Assembly: GCA_041661685.1 (NCBI GenBank) | Contig: JBAZTY010000001.1 | Coordinates: forward strand, 64,691-128,690 | Origin: Patescibacteria group bacterium | Lineage (GTDB): Bacteria > Patescibacteriota > Patescibacteriia > Patescibacteriales > UBA12465 | Reading direction: 5' to 3' | Length of the DNA: 64,000 nt | Shown here: positions 26,853 to 35,915 of the stretch, one piece after another | How the letters are laid out: each line of letters opens with the position of its first letter | Position numbering within the stretch: position 1 is the stretch's first letter | Program-made: the position numbers and the translations under genes | The notes under the pieces: model-generated | What the model was told of the DNA's origin: nothing | The model's input: the letters and a program-made list of their open reading frames with translations, nothing else | Databases searched by the model: none

Positions 26853-27689
26853 ATGGGTATCAAAAAAGTAAAAGCGAATACTCCGGGAAGACGCGAAGCT
26901 ACCTTCGATGATTTTAAGGATGTCACTCGGGTTATTCCGGAAAAGAGACTGATCGTCATCAAGAAGAAAAGAGGCGGTCGCAATTCTCAAGGAAAGATCA
27001 CCGTCCGTCATCATGGCGGCGGTTCTAAGCGTTATATCCGCTTAGTTGATTTCAAGCGCGATAAATTCAACGTGGAAGCGACAGTCGCCTCTATTGAATA
27101 TGATCCTAACAGAGGCTCTCGCGTCGCTTTACTGCATTACGCTGATGGCGCTAAGAGATATATCATCGCCCCGGTTGATTTGAATGTCGGCGATAAGGTC
27201 ATGAGTTCCAAGGAGCTCATCGAAATCAAAACCGGCAACGCTTTGCCTTTGCAATTCATTCCGGCCGGTATGCCTGTCTGTTGCGTTGAATTAGAGCCGG
27301 GCCAAGGAGCTAAGATCGCTCGCGGCGCTGGCAATATCGTTTATGTCATGGGTATCGAAGGAAAGTATGCGCAGTTAAAAATGCCGTCCGGAGAGATTCG
27401 CCAGGTCAAGAAAGAGTGCTTATGCACTGTCGGCCGCGCCAGTAATCCTGATCATCGTCATATCTCCTTGGGCAAAGCCGGACGCAGCCGCCACTTAGGC
27501 ATCCGTCCGACTGTTAGAGGCACCGCTATGAATCCGGTTGATCATCCACACGGCGGCGGTGAAGGCAAACAGTCTATCGGTTTGCGTCATCCTAAGACTC
27601 TATGGGGTAAGCCAGCTTTGGGCGTTAAGACCAGACGCAAGCGCCATAGTGACCGCTTAATAATTAAGAGAAGAGCTAAACGTAAATAA
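26853..27689 (+). CDS. rplB: 50S ribosomal protein L2
   Basis: [16 protein letters not shown]...[13 protein letters not shown]. Confidence 0.97.
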   Translation: MGIKKVKANTPGRREATFDDFKDVTRVIPEKRLIVIKKKRGGRNSQGKITVRHHGGGSKRYIRLVDFKRDKFNVEATVASIEYDPNRGSRVALLHYADGAKRYIIAPVDLNVGDKVMSSKELIEIKTGNALPLQFIPAGMPVCCVELEPGQGAKIARGAGNIVYVMGIEGKYAQLKMPSGEIRQVKKECLCTVGRASNPDHRHISLGKAGRSRHLGIRPTVRGTAMNPVDHPHGGGEGKQSIGLRHPKTLWGKPALGVKTRRKRHSDRLIIKRRAKRK

Positions 27690-27694
27690 AATAT

Positions 27695-27982
27695 ATGTCT
27701 AGAAGTTTAAAAAAGGGTCCATACGTTAATCTGCGCTTGCTCAATAAGATCAAGAACTTAAAACCGGGCGATAAGACCGTTATTAAAGTTTGGGATCGCG
27801 CTTGCACGATTACTCCGGAGATGGTTGGGTTTACTCTCGGCGTTCATAACGGCAAGACTCATTTACCAGTTTATATGGTTGAAAATATGGTCGGCCATCG
27901 TTTAGGTGAATTTTCCCCGACTAAGAAATTCTTAGGTCATGGCGGTAAGATGGCGAAAACTCAGGCCGCTGATAAGAAGTAA
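27695..27982 (+). CDS. rpsS: 30S ribosomal protein S19
   Basis: [10 protein letters not shown]...[17 protein letters not shown]. Confidence 0.96.
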   Translation: MSRSLKKGPYVNLRLLNKIKNLKPGDKTVIKVWDRACTITPEMVGFTLGVHNGKTHLPVYMVENMVGHRLGEFSPTKKFLGHGGKMAKTQAADKK

Positions 27983-28016
27983 CCCTAGTTAAAAGAAATA
28001 ATTAATATTGACTAAT

Positions 28017-28523
28017 ATGGAAGTAAAAGCCAGTTTAAACCATTTGAGGATGTCGCCACGGAAAATCCGTTTGGCTATTGACGTTGTCCGCAAGATGCCG
28101 GTCGAGGCCGCTTTGGATCAATTAAGATTCATGAATAAGCTCGCCGCCGAACCGGTCGCCAAGCTGATTAAGTCGGCTATCGCTAACGGCGAGAATACTT
28201 ATAGCTTGGAGCGCGATAATTTATATATCAAGGAAATCCGTTCCGACGAAGGCGTTATGCTAAAGCGCTGGATGCCTCGCGCCCACGGACGCGCTACTTC
28301 TATTAGGAAGCGCGGCTGCCACTTGTCTCTCGTCTTGGCCGAAATAAAGGAAAGCGGCAAGAAGGAGAAGAAGGTCGTAAAGACTGCCGATCCGGTCAAG
28401 CTGGAAAAATTAGCGAAGGAAGGCGAAGCTGCCGCTCAGAAAGCCGGAATCAAGGCCGAGAGAGATCAAGGCAAGAAAGCCGCCGGCGAGAAGACTAAGA
28501 TGTTCAGAAGAAAGGCAGGCTAG
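28017..28523 (+). CDS. rplV: 50S ribosomal protein L22 with Lys/Ala/Glu-rich C-terminal extension
   Basis: MEVKASLNHLRMSPRKIRLAIDVVR... The ATG at 28017 is preferred (track TTG 28008). About 55 aa of extra tail. Confidence 0.93.
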   Translation: MEVKASLNHLRMSPRKIRLAIDVVRKMPVEAALDQLRFMNKLAAEPVAKLIKSAIANGENTYSLERDNLYIKEIRSDEGVMLKRWMPRAHGRATSIRKRGCHLSLVLAEIKESGKKEKKVVKTADPVKLEKLAKEGEAAAQKAGIKAERDQGKKAAGEKTKMFRRKAG

Positions 28524-28562
28524 TGAAATTAAAATAAATTCTTAATTCGTAATTGAATTCAT

Positions 28563-29243
28563 ATGGGTAAAAAAGTTAATCCGAAAATACTTCGCATGGG
28601 CATCACCAAGACTTGGGCGTCTTTATGGTTCGAATCCGGCGATAAGTATGTGAAGAATATCAAGCAGGACATCTATATCCGCAAGTACATGATTAGAGAG
28701 TTCAGGGAAGCGGGCATCGATAAGGTGGAGATCATCCGTTCTATCAATAAGATCGAGATCAACATCACGACCGCTAAGCCAGGACTCATCATCGGACGCG
28801 GCGGCAATGGCGCCGAAGAATTGAAGAAGAAACTGCATGATAAATTCTTAAAGGATTTCCGCATGGGCGAAATCAGCCTGAATATTAAAGAATATAGCCG
28901 CCCGAATCTGAGCGCTCAGATAATCGTTCAGACCATGATCATGGACATCGAAAAAAGAATGCCTTTCAGAAAAGTGATGAAACAGAATTTAGGCAAGATA
29001 GAAAGAGCCGGCGCTTTAGGCGCGAAGATTGTCATTTCCGGCCGCTTGAATGGCGCGGAAATCGCCCGCCGGGAGAAATTAGTCTGGGGCAAAGTGCCGT
29101 TACAGACCCTGCGCGCCGATATCGACTATGCTCGCGGCGCCGCTCATACCACTTATGGAGCCATCGGCATCAAAGTCTGGGTCTATAAGGGAGAGGTTTT
29201 TGAAAAAGACGGTAATGCTAAGGGTGAAGTAATCGCCGAATAA
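28563..29243 (+). CDS. rpsC: 30S ribosomal protein S3
   Basis: MGKKVNPKILRMGITKTW..., KH domain, GRLNGAEIAR. Confidence 0.96.
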   Translation: MGKKVNPKILRMGITKTWASLWFESGDKYVKNIKQDIYIRKYMIREFREAGIDKVEIIRSINKIEINITTAKPGLIIGRGGNGAEELKKKLHDKFLKDFRMGEISLNIKEYSRPNLSAQIIVQTMIMDIEKRMPFRKVMKQNLGKIERAGALGAKIVISGRLNGAEIARREKLVWGKVPLQTLRADIDYARGAAHTTYGAIGIKVWVYKGEVFEKDGNAKGEVIAE

Positions 29244-29266
29244 AATTAAACAAATCTGCAAAACAT

Positions 29267-29674
29267 ATGTTAATGCCAAAGAAAACTAAATGGAGAAAAG
29301 ACCAGAAGCGCCGCCGCGGCGGAAAAGCTAGCCGTTACCTGACTATCAGCTTCGGCAGCTATGGCTTGAAGGCTTTGACTCCTTGCTGGATAAACTCCCG
29401 CCAGATTGAAGCGGCTCGCCGCGTCATGACTAAGTACGTCAAGAAAGGCGGACAGATTTGGATTAGAATCTTCCCGGATAAGCCAGTCACCGCTCATGGC
29501 GGAGAGATTCCGATGGGTAAAGGTAAAGGCGCTGTCGATTATTACGTCGCTATCGTCAAGCCGGGCATGATTATGTTCGAAATGGAAGGCCTTGATAAGG
29601 AAACTGCTAAGAAAGCGATGGAACTGGCCGGCCATAAATTGCCAATCAAATGCCAATTCGTCAGTAAAGAATAA
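29267..29674 (+). CDS. rplP: 50S ribosomal protein L16
   Basis: MLMPKKTKWRKDQKRRRGG...IWIRIFPDKPVT. Confidence 0.96.
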   Translation: MLMPKKTKWRKDQKRRRGGKASRYLTISFGSYGLKALTPCWINSRQIEAARRVMTKYVKKGGQIWIRIFPDKPVTAHGGEIPMGKGKGAVDYYVAIVKPGMIMFEMEGLDKETAKKAMELAGHKLPIKCQFVSKE

Positions 29675-29700
29675 TTCGTAAGAATAATTAGGATAACTAT

Positions 29701-29886
29701 ATGGATTTCAAAGAATTACAAACTAAGAGCGAAGCTGAATTGCAGAAGATATTGGTTCAGGACCGCGAAAAATTGCGTGAACTGCGCTTTAAGGATTCTA
29801 ATAAGCAATTGAAGAACGTCCGGGAGATCAGAACCGTTAAGGAACAGGTCGCTCAAGTTTTAACTATATTAAATAAGAAAAAATAA
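29701..29886 (+). CDS. rpmC: 50S ribosomal protein L29
   Basis: 61 aa, ELQKILVQDREKLRELRFK pattern. Canonical position. Confidence 0.9.
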   Translation: MDFKELQTKSEAELQKILVQDREKLRELRFKDSNKQLKNVREIRTVKEQVAQVLTILNKKK

Positions 29887-29887
29887 T

Positions 29888-30166
29888 ATGAGCGCAGCAA
29901 GACCCAAAAAAGAGGAGATCAAGAAGCCGGAAATCATCAGCCGCACTTTTAACGGCGTCGTCGTGAGCGATAAGAACGACAAGACCGTCGTGGTTAAGGT
30001 TGAATCCGTCAAGAAGCATCCGAAATATCAGAAGCGCTATACCGTCAGCCGCAAATACAAGGTTCATGACGAGAAGAATGAATTCCATGTCGGCGACAAG
30101 GTTAGCTTCGTCGAATGCCGCCCGCTCAGCCGCGATAAGAGATGGAGAGTAACTAGCAAAGCCTAA
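29888..30166 (+). CDS. rpsQ: 30S ribosomal protein S17
   Basis: GVVVSDKNDKTVVVKVESVKKHPKYQKR...GDKVSFVECRPLSRDKRW. Confidence 0.94.
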   Translation: MSAARPKKEEIKKPEIISRTFNGVVVSDKNDKTVVVKVESVKKHPKYQKRYTVSRKYKVHDEKNEFHVGDKVSFVECRPLSRDKRWRVTSKA

Positions 30167-30188
30167 TTGATAAATTTGCATTAATCAT

Positions 30189-30563
30189 ATGGTCCAAGTA
30201 CAAACATATTTAAAAGTAGCCGATAATTCCGGAGCCAAGGAAGTAATGTGCATCCGCGTCTTAGGGGGTTATAAGAGACGTTATGGCCATGTCGGCGACA
30301 TCGTCGTCGTCGCGGTCAAGTCGGCCGTGCCTCATGCCGCTATCAAGAAAGGCGACGTAGTTAAGGCTGTCATCGTCCGCACTAAGAAGGAAATCCGCCG
30401 CGTCGATGGTTCTTATGTCCGTTTTGACGATAACGCTTGCGTGATTATCAATGACGCGGAGAAGAAAGAGCCGAAGGGAACTCGTATCTTTGGGCCGGTG
30501 GCTAGAGAGATCCGCCGTGAAGGTTTTATCAAGATTGCTTCTTTAGCGCCTGAAGTTTTATAA
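30189..30563 (+). CDS. rplN: 50S ribosomal protein L14
   Basis: [27 protein letters not shown]... Confidence 0.97.
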   Translation: MVQVQTYLKVADNSGAKEVMCIRVLGGYKRRYGHVGDIVVVAVKSAVPHAAIKKGDVVKAVIVRTKKEIRRVDGSYVRFDDNACVIINDAEKKEPKGTRIFGPVAREIRREGFIKIASLAPEVL

Positions 30564-30583
30564 AAAAATCAAGCCAGAAATAT

Positions 30584-30907
30584 ATGAATATCAAAAAGAA
30601 TGACAAAGTTAAGATCTTAGCCGGCAAGGACAAGGGAAAGTCCGGCAAGGTTTTGCAGGTGATCCCGTCTGAAAACAAGGCGAGCATCGAAGGCTTGAAT
30701 CTGCTTATCAAGCACATGCGTCCGAATCGGAACGGCGAGAAAGGCCAACGGATTGAATTCCCGGCTTTTATGACTGCTGATAATTTGGCGCTCGTCTGTC
30801 CGAAATGCGGCCAGGCGACCAGAATCGGCCACAAGACTATCAAGACCGAAGGCGGTAAATCCAAGAAATTTAGAGTTTGTAAAAAATGTCAGGAAATAAT
30901 TGATTAA
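30584..30907 (+). CDS. rplX: 50S ribosomal protein L24 (with CxxC...CxxC zinc-ribbon-like insert)
   Basis: KKNDKVKILAGKDKGKSGKVLQV KOW motif, plus CPKCG...CKKC. Confidence 0.92.
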   Translation: MNIKKNDKVKILAGKDKGKSGKVLQVIPSENKASIEGLNLLIKHMRPNRNGEKGQRIEFPAFMTADNLALVCPKCGQATRIGHKTIKTEGGKSKKFRVCKKCQEIID

Positions 30908-30911
30908 TACT

Positions 30912-31457
30912 ATGAGATTAAGAGAAAAATATCAAAAGAATATCGTGCCTAGCCTGAAGAAGGAATTCGGCTTTAAGAATGACATGCTCGTTCCGCGTTT
31001 GACTAAGGTGGTCCTGAACGTCGGTTTCGGTCATCATCTTAAAGAAAAAGAATTCGTCGCCGGCGTGGAAAAAGCCCTGACAAAGATTGCCGGCCAGAAG
31101 CCGGTCATGACGGCCGCTAAGAAATCGATTTCCGCTTTCAAAATCAGAGAAGGCTTGATTATCGGCGCTAAGGTGACTTTGCGCGGCCAGCAGATGTATG
31201 ATTTTGTCGATAAGCTCGTCAATATCACTTTCCCTCGCGTCCGCGACTTCCGCGGCATCAGCGACAAGTCTCTCGATAGAGAAGGCAACATGACTGTCGG
31301 TTTCAAGGATTATACCTGTTTCCCAGAAATTCACATGGAAGAAGTTGATAATATCTTCGGTCTCGAAGTCTGCCTGTCCACTAACGCCAAGAACAGAGCC
31401 GAGGGTTTAGAGCTTTTCCGCTTAATCGGATTTCCGTTTAAAAAAGATACCAAATAA
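30912..31457 (+). CDS. rplE: 50S ribosomal protein L5
   Basis: MRLREKYQKNIVPSLKKEFGFKN... The ATG at 30912 is preferred over the overlapping TTG at 30900. Confidence 0.95.
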   Translation: MRLREKYQKNIVPSLKKEFGFKNDMLVPRLTKVVLNVGFGHHLKEKEFVAGVEKALTKIAGQKPVMTAAKKSISAFKIREGLIIGAKVTLRGQQMYDFVDKLVNITFPRVRDFRGISDKSLDREGNMTVGFKDYTCFPEIHMEEVDNIFGLEVCLSTNAKNRAEGLELFRLIGFPFKKDTK

Positions 31458-31467
31458 TTAAATATAT

Positions 31468-31653
31468 ATGGCAAGAACTGCATTAATCGTCAAAGCAAAA
31501 AGAAAGCCGAAATTTTCCACGAGGAAGATTAATCGGTGCTGGCGCTGCGGCCGCAACCACGGCTACATGAGTGATTTTAAATTATGCCGTATTTGTTTCC
31601 GCGAATTAGCCGATAATGGCGATTTGCCTGGAATCACGAAGTCCAGTTGGTAA
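31468..31653 (+). CDS. rpsN: 30S ribosomal protein S14, zinc-binding type Z
   Basis: 61 aa. CWRCGR...CRIC Zn motif, ends ...KSSW. Confidence 0.94.
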   Translation: MARTALIVKAKRKPKFSTRKINRCWRCGRNHGYMSDFKLCRICFRELADNGDLPGITKSSW

Positions 31654-31681
31654 AAATAAGTAACTAAGTTAACCTAAAAAT

Positions 31682-32092
31682 ATGATGGATCCCATCGCAG
31701 ACATGTTCACAAGAATCAGAAACGCTTCCGCTGTAAAAAAGTCGGAGATTGTTTTGCCGCTCAGCAAGCTCAAGCTCGAGATCGCCAAGATCTTAGAGAC
31801 CGAAGGCTGGGTCAAAAAAGCGGAAATAATCGCCGGCGGTTTGAACGGACGCCATAATAACTTTGATCAGCTGCAAATTCAATTGAAATATCATAAGAAT
31901 GGCAAGCCCCAGATCAGCTCTATCAAGCGCATCAGCCGCCCGGGCTTGAGAATCTATGTCTCTAAGGATGAAATCCCGACGGTTTTGAATAATTTTGGCA
32001 TCGCGATAATTTCCACCTCTGCTGGCTTGATGACGAATAAGCAGGCCAAGAAGGATCATATCGGTGGCGAGGTTCTCGGAGAAATATATTAA
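31682..32092 (+). CDS. rpsH: 30S ribosomal protein S8
   Basis: DPIADMFTRIRNA...IISTSAGLMT. Confidence 0.96.
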   Translation: MMDPIADMFTRIRNASAVKKSEIVLPLSKLKLEIAKILETEGWVKKAEIIAGGLNGRHNNFDQLQIQLKYHKNGKPQISSIKRISRPGLRIYVSKDEIPTVLNNFGIAIISTSAGLMTNKQAKKDHIGGEVLGEIY

Positions 32093-32125
32093 TTTTTAAT
32101 CTTTCAATATTTTAATTAATCCCAT

Positions 32126-32671
32126 ATGTCACGTTTAGGAAAACTGCCAATCAAATTGCCGGCCGGAGTGAGTTTCACTGCTGATGCCAAGGAATATACT
32201 TTTAAGGGTCCGAAAGGCGAGTTACGCTTGGCTCTTAATAAACTTATTACCGCTAAGGTCGAGAATAACGAAATCATTGTCGCTCCTCATGATAAGGAGG
32301 CTAAGAACGCCAGCGCCATGTGGGGCCTGATGTGGAGCCTGATCCGGAATTCTGTCGAGGGCGTCTCGGCTGGTTTTGTTAAGAAATTAGAAATTAATGG
32401 CGTCGGTTACCGCGCTACGGTTGCCGGCAGTCAATTAAATATGAGCCTCGGCTTCTCTCATCCGATTGAATTTAAGCTGCCGAAGGGAATCACCGCCTCT
32501 GTCGCCGCCAATGTCATCACTTTAGAAGGGGTTGATAAGGCTTTAGTCGGAGAGACGGCCGCTCAGATCAGAAAGATCCGCAAACCGGAACCTTATAAAG
32601 GCAAGGGCGTTAAATATGCTGATGAAATCATCAGACGCAAAGCCGGTAAAGCGGCTGCTAAGGGCAAATAA
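32126..32671 (+). CDS. rplF: 50S ribosomal protein L6
   Basis: MSRLGKLPIKLPAGV...PEPYKGKGVKY. Confidence 0.96.
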   Translation: MSRLGKLPIKLPAGVSFTADAKEYTFKGPKGELRLALNKLITAKVENNEIIVAPHDKEAKNASAMWGLMWSLIRNSVEGVSAGFVKKLEINGVGYRATVAGSQLNMSLGFSHPIEFKLPKGITASVAANVITLEGVDKALVGETAAQIRKIRKPEPYKGKGVKYADEIIRRKAGKAAAKGK

Positions 32672-32698
32672 TCTTAAATCGATAAGAATTTTAATCAT

Positions 32699-33052
32699 AT
32701 GGATAAAATCAAGGCCAACAAACAAAGAGCGGATAGACGTCATGGACGCGTTCGCGCTAAGATCTCCGGGACTGAGTCTCGCCCGCGTTTGAGCGTTTTC
32801 CGTTCTAATAAGGGGATGTTCTTGCAGCTCATCGACGATCTCAGCGGTCAGACTCTGGCTAGCGCCGGCATGAAGGAGATCAAAGCCAAGGTCAATAAAT
32901 CTGAAGCTGGCAAAGAGCTAGGCAAGATTATCGCGACCAAAGCTAAGACCAAGAAAATCGAATCCGTGGTTTTTGATCGCGGCTCTTATAAATATCATGG
33001 CCGGGTGAAAGCGGCGGCCGAGGGAGCGCGTGAAGGCGGCTTGAAATTTTAA
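32699..33052 (+). CDS. rplR: 50S ribosomal protein L18
   Basis: [20 protein letters not shown]...[14 protein letters not shown]. Confidence 0.95.
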   Translation: MDKIKANKQRADRRHGRVRAKISGTESRPRLSVFRSNKGMFLQLIDDLSGQTLASAGMKEIKAKVNKSEAGKELGKIIATKAKTKKIESVVFDRGSYKYHGRVKAAAEGAREGGLKF

Positions 33053-33081
33053 AAAACAATTTTGCAATTAGCAATCATTAT

Positions 33082-33723
33082 ATGGAAGACAAAAAAACAA
33101 CAACCGAAGCCAAAGCCAAGGATGCCAGCCAGGGAGCGGCGGCGACTGTCGCTAAAGACCTATATGGCGAAAAGAAACGCGGCGGCGGCGGATTTCAAGG
33201 CGGACGCGGCAAGGGACGCGGCGATCGCCGCGATGATAAGTCGAAAGACGAGATGGAACAGCGCATCTTAGAGGTAGCGCGCGTTACTCGTGTTATGGCT
33301 GGAGGCAAGAGAATGAATTTCCGCGCTTGTGTCGCTATCGGTGACAGGAAAGGCAGCGTCGGCGTCGGCGTCGGCAAGGGCGCTGATGTCACTATGGCTG
33401 TTAATAAGGCTGTTAACCGCGCTAAAAAAGACATGGTTAAGGTCGTTATCGCTAAAGAGACTATCCCGCATGCAGTCACCAAAAAGATGGGCGCGGCTTT
33501 AATAATGATCAAACCGGCTAAAACTGGACGCGGCGTCATCGCTGGCGGCGTCACCAGAATTATCTTGGAATTAGCCGGAGTCAAGAACATCACCAGCAAA
33601 GCTCTGGGTTCTAATAATAAGATCAATAATGCTCGTTGCACTATAGAAGCTCTGAGAGAATTGCGCACTCGCGAACCGAAAGCGGTCAAAGCAGAGGCCA
33701 AGGATCTAAAGAGCGATAAATAA
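33082..33723 (+). CDS. rpsE: 30S ribosomal protein S5 with Gly/Arg-rich N-terminal extension
   Basis: S5 core (VARVTRVMAGGKRMNFRACVAIGD...GVIAGG). The N-terminus contains GGGGFQGGRGKGRGDRRDD. Confidence 0.94.
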   Translation: MEDKKTTTEAKAKDASQGAAATVAKDLYGEKKRGGGGFQGGRGKGRGDRRDDKSKDEMEQRILEVARVTRVMAGGKRMNFRACVAIGDRKGSVGVGVGKGADVTMAVNKAVNRAKKDMVKVVIAKETIPHAVTKKMGAALIMIKPAKTGRGVIAGGVTRIILELAGVKNITSKALGSNNKINNARCTIEALRELRTREPKAVKAEAKDLKSDK

Positions 33724-33750
33724 TCGTGTTTAATTAGACTTCATAATTAT

Positions 33751-34164
33751 ATGTTATCACTTAATACTATAACCAAAGCTAAGGGCAGGGCTAAGACAAA
33801 TAAGCGCGTCGGTCGCGGTAACGCTTCCGGTCACGGCACTTATAGTACTCGCGGCCAGAAAGGGCAGGGACAACGCTCTGGCGTCTCCGGCTTGAAGCGC
33901 TTAGGCATGCGCGCTCAATTATTACAGATTCCGAAATCTCGCGGTTTCCGTTCGTTAAAGCCGAAGAATCAGGTTGTCAGTATTAAGGCTATTAATAATG
34001 CTTTCAAGGATGGCGAAATCGTTACTCCAGTTGCTTTGTTTGAGAAGAAATTGATTGCTTCCGCTTCTTTGCCGGTTAAGATCTTGGGCAAGGAAAAGCT
34101 GACCGTTAAGGTTACTTTCGAAAAGATTAAGATGTCAGCCGGCGCTAAGGATCAAGTTAAATAA
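33751..34164 (+). CDS. rplO: 50S ribosomal protein L15
   Basis: KRVGRGNASGHGTYSTRGQKGQ. Starts 27 nt after the rpsE stop, so no L30 gene lies between them. Confidence 0.94.
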   Translation: MLSLNTITKAKGRAKTNKRVGRGNASGHGTYSTRGQKGQGQRSGVSGLKRLGMRAQLLQIPKSRGFRSLKPKNQVVSIKAINNAFKDGEIVTPVALFEKKLIASASLPVKILGKEKLTVKVTFEKIKMSAGAKDQVK

Positions 34165-34209
34165 TCCCGCTTTTTAAGTCAGACTTAAGGTTTTTCTAAA
34201 ATTATCAAT

Positions 34210-35484
34210 ATGATATTTGATAAATTATCGCAAATCTGGAAGGCTAAAGATTTGAGGAACAGCATCCTGTTCGTTCTCGGCATGCTTGTCATCTTCCGCC
34301 TCGCTGCTCATATCCCGGTTCCAGGAGTCAATGCTATCGCCCTGAAGAGCTTATTCGCCTCTAATCAATTCTTGGGACTCATGAACCTGTTTTCTGGGGG
34401 TGGCATGGAAAATTTCTCTATCGTTATGATGGGCGTCGGTCCTTATATTACTTCTTCCATTATCTTCCAGTTATTAGGGATGATCGTCCCGTCTATCGAG
34501 GAGATGCAGAAAGAGGAATCCGGACGCCAGAAGATAAACATGTGGACGCGCTGGGCCACCGTACCTTTGGCGATTTTGCAGTCCTATGGTATGATCACGC
34601 TTCTGCGCAATGGATCATCGGGCATCTTAGGCCAAGTGAGTCCGTTTGATTTCGGCCTGATGATTTTGACTATCACCGCCGGTTCTATCTTCTTGATGTG
34701 GCTCGGCGAGCTTATCACCGAAAAGAAGGTCGGCAATGGTATTTCTTTATTGATTTTTGCCGGCATCGTGGCTAGCTTACCGACTAAACTCCAACAAATT
34801 GCGACGACCTTTGATGCTACTCAGTTATTCATGCTGATTGGTTTCGTTGTAATCGCAATCATTACTGTCGTCGGCGTCGTTATTATCAACGAAGGTCAGC
34901 GCAACGTTCCGGTCCAGTACGCTCGCCAGGTCCGCGGCAACCGCACTTTTGGAGGCACCAGCACTCATCTGCCTTTGCGCGTGAATATGGCTGGCGTCAT
35001 CCCGATTATCTTCGCTATTTCCGTCGTTCTATTCCCATCCATGATTGCCCAGTTCTTGATTCATGCCAAGACCGCCTGGATCGCAAATGTTGCTACCCAT
35101 ACCATTAGCTTGTTCAATAATCAGCTTTTCTACGGCATCATCTATTTTATATTAGTTTTTGCCTTCACCTATTTCTATACCGAAGTCATCTTCCATCCGG
35201 CTCAGATTGCCGAGAATCTCCAGAAGCAGGGCGGTTTTATCCCGGGCATCCGTCCAGGCAAGCCGACTAGCGATTATCTGGCTTATACGACTCATAAGAT
35301 TATCTTAGCTGGCGCCCTGTTCTTGGGGCTTATCGCGGTCCTGCCGCTCATCATGAAATACTATACCGGCATGCAGGCCTTCGCCGTCGGCGGCACGAGC
35401 TTGTTAATCGTCGTTTCCGTCGTTATCGAAACGGTCAAGCAGATAGAAGCTCAGATGACTATGCGCGAGTATGATGGCCTTTAA
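34210..35484 (+). CDS. secY: Preprotein translocase subunit SecY
   Basis: 424 aa, 10-TM pattern. GVGPYITSSIIFQLL and GISLLIFAGI motifs. Confidence 0.96.
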   Translation: MIFDKLSQIWKAKDLRNSILFVLGMLVIFRLAAHIPVPGVNAIALKSLFASNQFLGLMNLFSGGGMENFSIVMMGVGPYITSSIIFQLLGMIVPSIEEMQKEESGRQKINMWTRWATVPLAILQSYGMITLLRNGSSGILGQVSPFDFGLMILTITAGSIFLMWLGELITEKKVGNGISLLIFAGIVASLPTKLQQIATTFDATQLFMLIGFVVIAIITVVGVVIINEGQRNVPVQYARQVRGNRTFGGTSTHLPLRVNMAGVIPIIFAISVVLFPSMIAQFLIHAKTAWIANVATHTISLFNNQLFYGIIYFILVFAFTYFYTEVIFHPAQIAENLQKQGGFIPGIRPGKPTSDYLAYTTHKIILAGALFLGLIAVLPLIMKYYTGMQAFAVGGTSLLIVVSVVIETVKQIEAQMTMREYDGL

Positions 35485-35509
35485 TTCTATATCCGGTCAA
35501 TAAGAATAT

Positions 35510-35539
35510 AAAAAATCGGCTTTAAAGCCGGTTTTTTTT
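35510..35539 (+). terminator. Intrinsic terminator after secY
   Basis: TCGGCTT TAA AGCCGG followed by TTTTTTTT. Confidence 0.65.
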
Positions 35540-35540
35540 A

Positions 35541-35549
35541 TGGTATAAT
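35541..35549 (+). promoter_or_regulatory. Extended -10 element (TGgTATAAT) after the secY terminator
   Basis: TGGTATAAT at 35541-35549, upstream of the 35601 ORF. Confidence 0.35.
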
Positions 35550-35600
35550 AAAAAACAGATAAATTGTCGCCGGCTGTTTTTTATATTTATTAAAATATCT

Positions 35601-35897
35601 ATGGACTTAAAAGATGTCACTAAGGATTTAACTAGCCAGACTGATTACCGGATAACCCAGCGGATGGAAGAATTAATGCGGACTAACCCTAATTACAAGA
35701 ATCTAGACGGGGCTAACCGGGAACTGGTTCTGAGTCTGATTAAGAAATATAAGGAAAAAATCAGGAAGGGCATCAGGCCTTCCGGCTTGACCGTGAGAGA
35801 GGATAAGTACCATCTTTATGAGAACCGGGTAAAACTTGGCTTAACACATTATGATCTGGAGCAGATTAATAAGCTTTTAGACGGATTTTTAGATTAG
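35601..35897 (+). CDS. Hypothetical protein
   Basis: 98-aa ORF. No motif recognised. Confidence 0.6.
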   Translation: MDLKDVTKDLTSQTDYRITQRMEELMRTNPNYKNLDGANRELVLSLIKKYKEKIRKGIRPSGLTVREDKYHLYENRVKLGLTHYDLEQINKLLDGFLD

Positions 35898-35915
35898 AAT
35901 TTAAATTGAACCAAT

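Noticed and set aside
26337-27014. 225-aa minus-strand ORF
   Set aside because: It is antisense to rplW and rplB, whose products are unmistakable. The translation is low-complexity with no motifs.
33195-33701. 168-aa minus-strand ORF, and the 69-aa + ORF at 33062-33271
   Set aside because: Both overlap rpsE (a clear S5) in antisense or alternative frames. They are artefacts of the GC-rich, Ala/Arg/Gly-coding sequence.
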